Below the pieces are notes generated by a model. That model saw only the letters and a program-made list of their open reading frames with translations. It had not been told where the DNA came from and made no database searches. 16,747 nucleotides of DNA from Candidatus Micrarchaeia archaeon (GTDB lineage: Archaea > Micrarchaeota > Micrarchaeia > CAILAH01), in assembly GCA_038740245.1 (NCBI GenBank), contig JAVYLZ010000002.1, forward strand, positions 39,399 to 56,145. Reading direction: 5' to 3'. Below are positions 15,576 through 16,747 of this stretch, in pieces (position 1 is the stretch's first letter; each line of letters opens with the position of its first letter). The translations under genes were made by a program, and so were the position numbers.

Positions 15576-16067
15576 ATGATGGCCTGTGGCATAAACCAAC
15601 CCCCTACTAACAGAACCGCCTTTCCGTTATCCCCCGCACTTTTCCTGATTGTGCTTATGCTCCTGCTGTGGGCACCTGCATTGTTTGCGCACAGGGGGCT
15701 CGGCCTGAAGGTTGAGTATGAGATCGGCCGCACGCTTGTTGCGCAGAACGTAAGCTGCGAAAACCTCTCGGATTTTGAGCTTGAGATGATAGGCGACTAT
15801 TATCTTGAAACCAAGTATCCCGGCAGGTACCACGAGATGATAGACAGCGGGATGGGCTCGCGCACCGAGGAGGAAATAAACCAGTTCCACAGGGACATTG
15901 CGTATGAATACTACTGCAGGTACCGGCCGGCCAACAAGGAAAAGATTCAGCTCATTGATTACACGTATATGGGCCTGCAGCTGCTCCAGCTGCTTGTGGT
16001 GCTCGGTATACTCTACCTGATCTACAAGATAGTTTCAGAGATAAGGTCTGAATTACGGCAGAAATAA
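15576..16067 (+). CDS. Membrane-anchored exported hypothetical protein with His/Met/Cys residues
   Basis: ATG 15576, right after the dys stop, is preferred over 15507. Signal peptide ending ALFA-H, a domain with C...HEM...H...C, and a C-terminal TM helix followed by a charged tail. Confidence 0.72.
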   Translation: MMACGINQPPTNRTAFPLSPALFLIVLMLLLWAPALFAHRGLGLKVEYEIGRTLVAQNVSCENLSDFELEMIGDYYLETKYPGRYHEMIDSGMGSRTEEEINQFHRDIAYEYYCRYRPANKEKIQLIDYTYMGLQLLQLLVVLGILYLIYKIVSEIRSELRQK

Positions 16068-16074
16068 GGAAAAA

Positions 16075-16362
16075 TTATTTTATGTAAGGGGTCAGGATTT
16101 TTATCGCGCGGGTGATGGCGTTCTTGACCTCTTCCTCGCTTTTACCGCCCGTGCATATGATTTTTCCATTCTTGAAGAGGAGTAGCGAAGCCTTCGGGTT
16201 TTTCAGCTTCAGGATAGCGCCCGGGAATTGCTCGGGCTCATACTCAACATCCTCAACTTCCATCGCAATGGAGTACAAATCAAGCTCAACATTCAAGCTG
16301 GCGGAAGCAACGATATTTTCAATCCTGAATTTCGGCTGGGGTATTTTCTTGACTTTGGGCAT
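16075..16362 (-). CDS. tbp: Single-repeat (half-size, 95 aa) TATA-box binding protein
   Basis: IENIVAS, LDL, EYEPEQFPG and LLFKNGKIICTGGKS make up one complete TBP repeat. GGGTGA SD upstream and a T-tract immediately after the stop. Confidence 0.92.
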   Translation of the reverse strand: MPKVKKIPQPKFRIENIVASASLNVELDLYSIAMEVEDVEYEPEQFPGAILKLKNPKASLLLFKNGKIICTGGKSEEEVKNAITRAIKILTPYIK

Positions 16363-16475
16363 AGTTTCACCCTATTTTTAAACTGACGTAAAGAAATAGC
16401 CGCATAACTTTAAAAAGGTATTCAGCCCAAAACTAACCTGTCCTAAGCGAGATTACTTCGTAAAAGGCTGATAGC

Positions 16476-16747
16476 ATGGTTAAGAGGTCAAGAGGCACAC
16501 TTTCAACGCACTCGCGCAGGCTGAAGTCAAAGGGAAGGCTTGGCGTTACAAGGGTATTCAGGCAGTTCAAGCCGGGCGACAGGGTGGTTGTGAGCATAAA
16601 GGCAGGCCACGGCGGCATGCCGCACCCCCGCTACAGGGGCAGGCACGCGACCGTTGTCGCGGCGCAGGGCGGCGCGTATGTCATTGAGGTGCGCGACGGC
16701 AACGCCACAAAGCGCCTGATATCCGGCCCGGCACACCTTGAGCCGGC
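16476..16747 (+). CDS. rpl21e: 50S ribosomal protein eL21 (L21e), 3'-partial
   Basis: Not in the ORF track. Manual translation: MVKRSRGTLSTHSRRLK...FKPGDRVVV...GMPHPRYRGRHATVV...AYVIEVRDGNATKRLISGPAHLEP. Confidence 0.93.
   Translation, partial: MVKRSRGTLSTHSRRLKSKGRLGVTRVFRQFKPGDRVVVSIKAGHGGMPHPRYRGRHATVVAAQGGAYVIEVRDGNATKRLISGPAHLEP

Noticed and set aside
16422..16471. Possible structured leader upstream of eL21 (TCAGCC/GGCTGA)
   Set aside because: It is only a 6-bp long-range pairing plus a weak inner stem, which is compatible with chance without comparative data.
15900..16475. TBP as a frameshifted pseudogene with a hidden second repeat
   Set aside because: The flanks are occupied by a convergent gene and a short promoter region plus eL21; I saw no second NIVAS/FPG/GK motif set in the other frames.
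1..16747. Integrase, transposase, provirus or rRNA
   Set aside because: I saw no recombinase, transposase or viral hallmark motifs, terminal inverted repeats, or rRNA-like segments.

Overview
A gene-dense archaeal chromosomal segment, most likely from a DPANN lineage such as Micrarchaeota. The taxonomy is inferred from eS26, eL21, TBP, deoxyhypusine synthase, ATP-dependent DNA ligase, class III signal-peptide pilins, intron-containing tRNAs without encoded CCA, and very short intergenic spaces. Contents in order: a secreted Cys-cluster/helical protein (partial), a membrane-fused spermidine synthase-like protein, tmk, tRNA-Val(GAC) with a T-loop intron and a duplicated 3' exon, a cytochrome b5-like lipoprotein / small bis-His membrane protein / ZIP transporter operon, DNA ligase, a five-gene pilin-like operon, a hypothetical protein, an M50-like peptidase, eS26, a metallophosphoesterase, a multidomain RelA/SpoT homologue, tRNA-Thr(GGU) with a 70-nt intron, dys, a membrane-anchored hypothetical protein, a single-repeat TBP, and eL21 (partial). 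Most notable are (1) an intact 95-aa half-TBP, (2) a pseudo-HD/SYNTH/TGS long-RSH in an archaeon, (3) a possible heme-based reductive metal-uptake module, and (4) a tRNA 3'-exon duplication that starts exactly at the predicted splice junction. All calls come from manual reading and motif recognition; no database searches were run.
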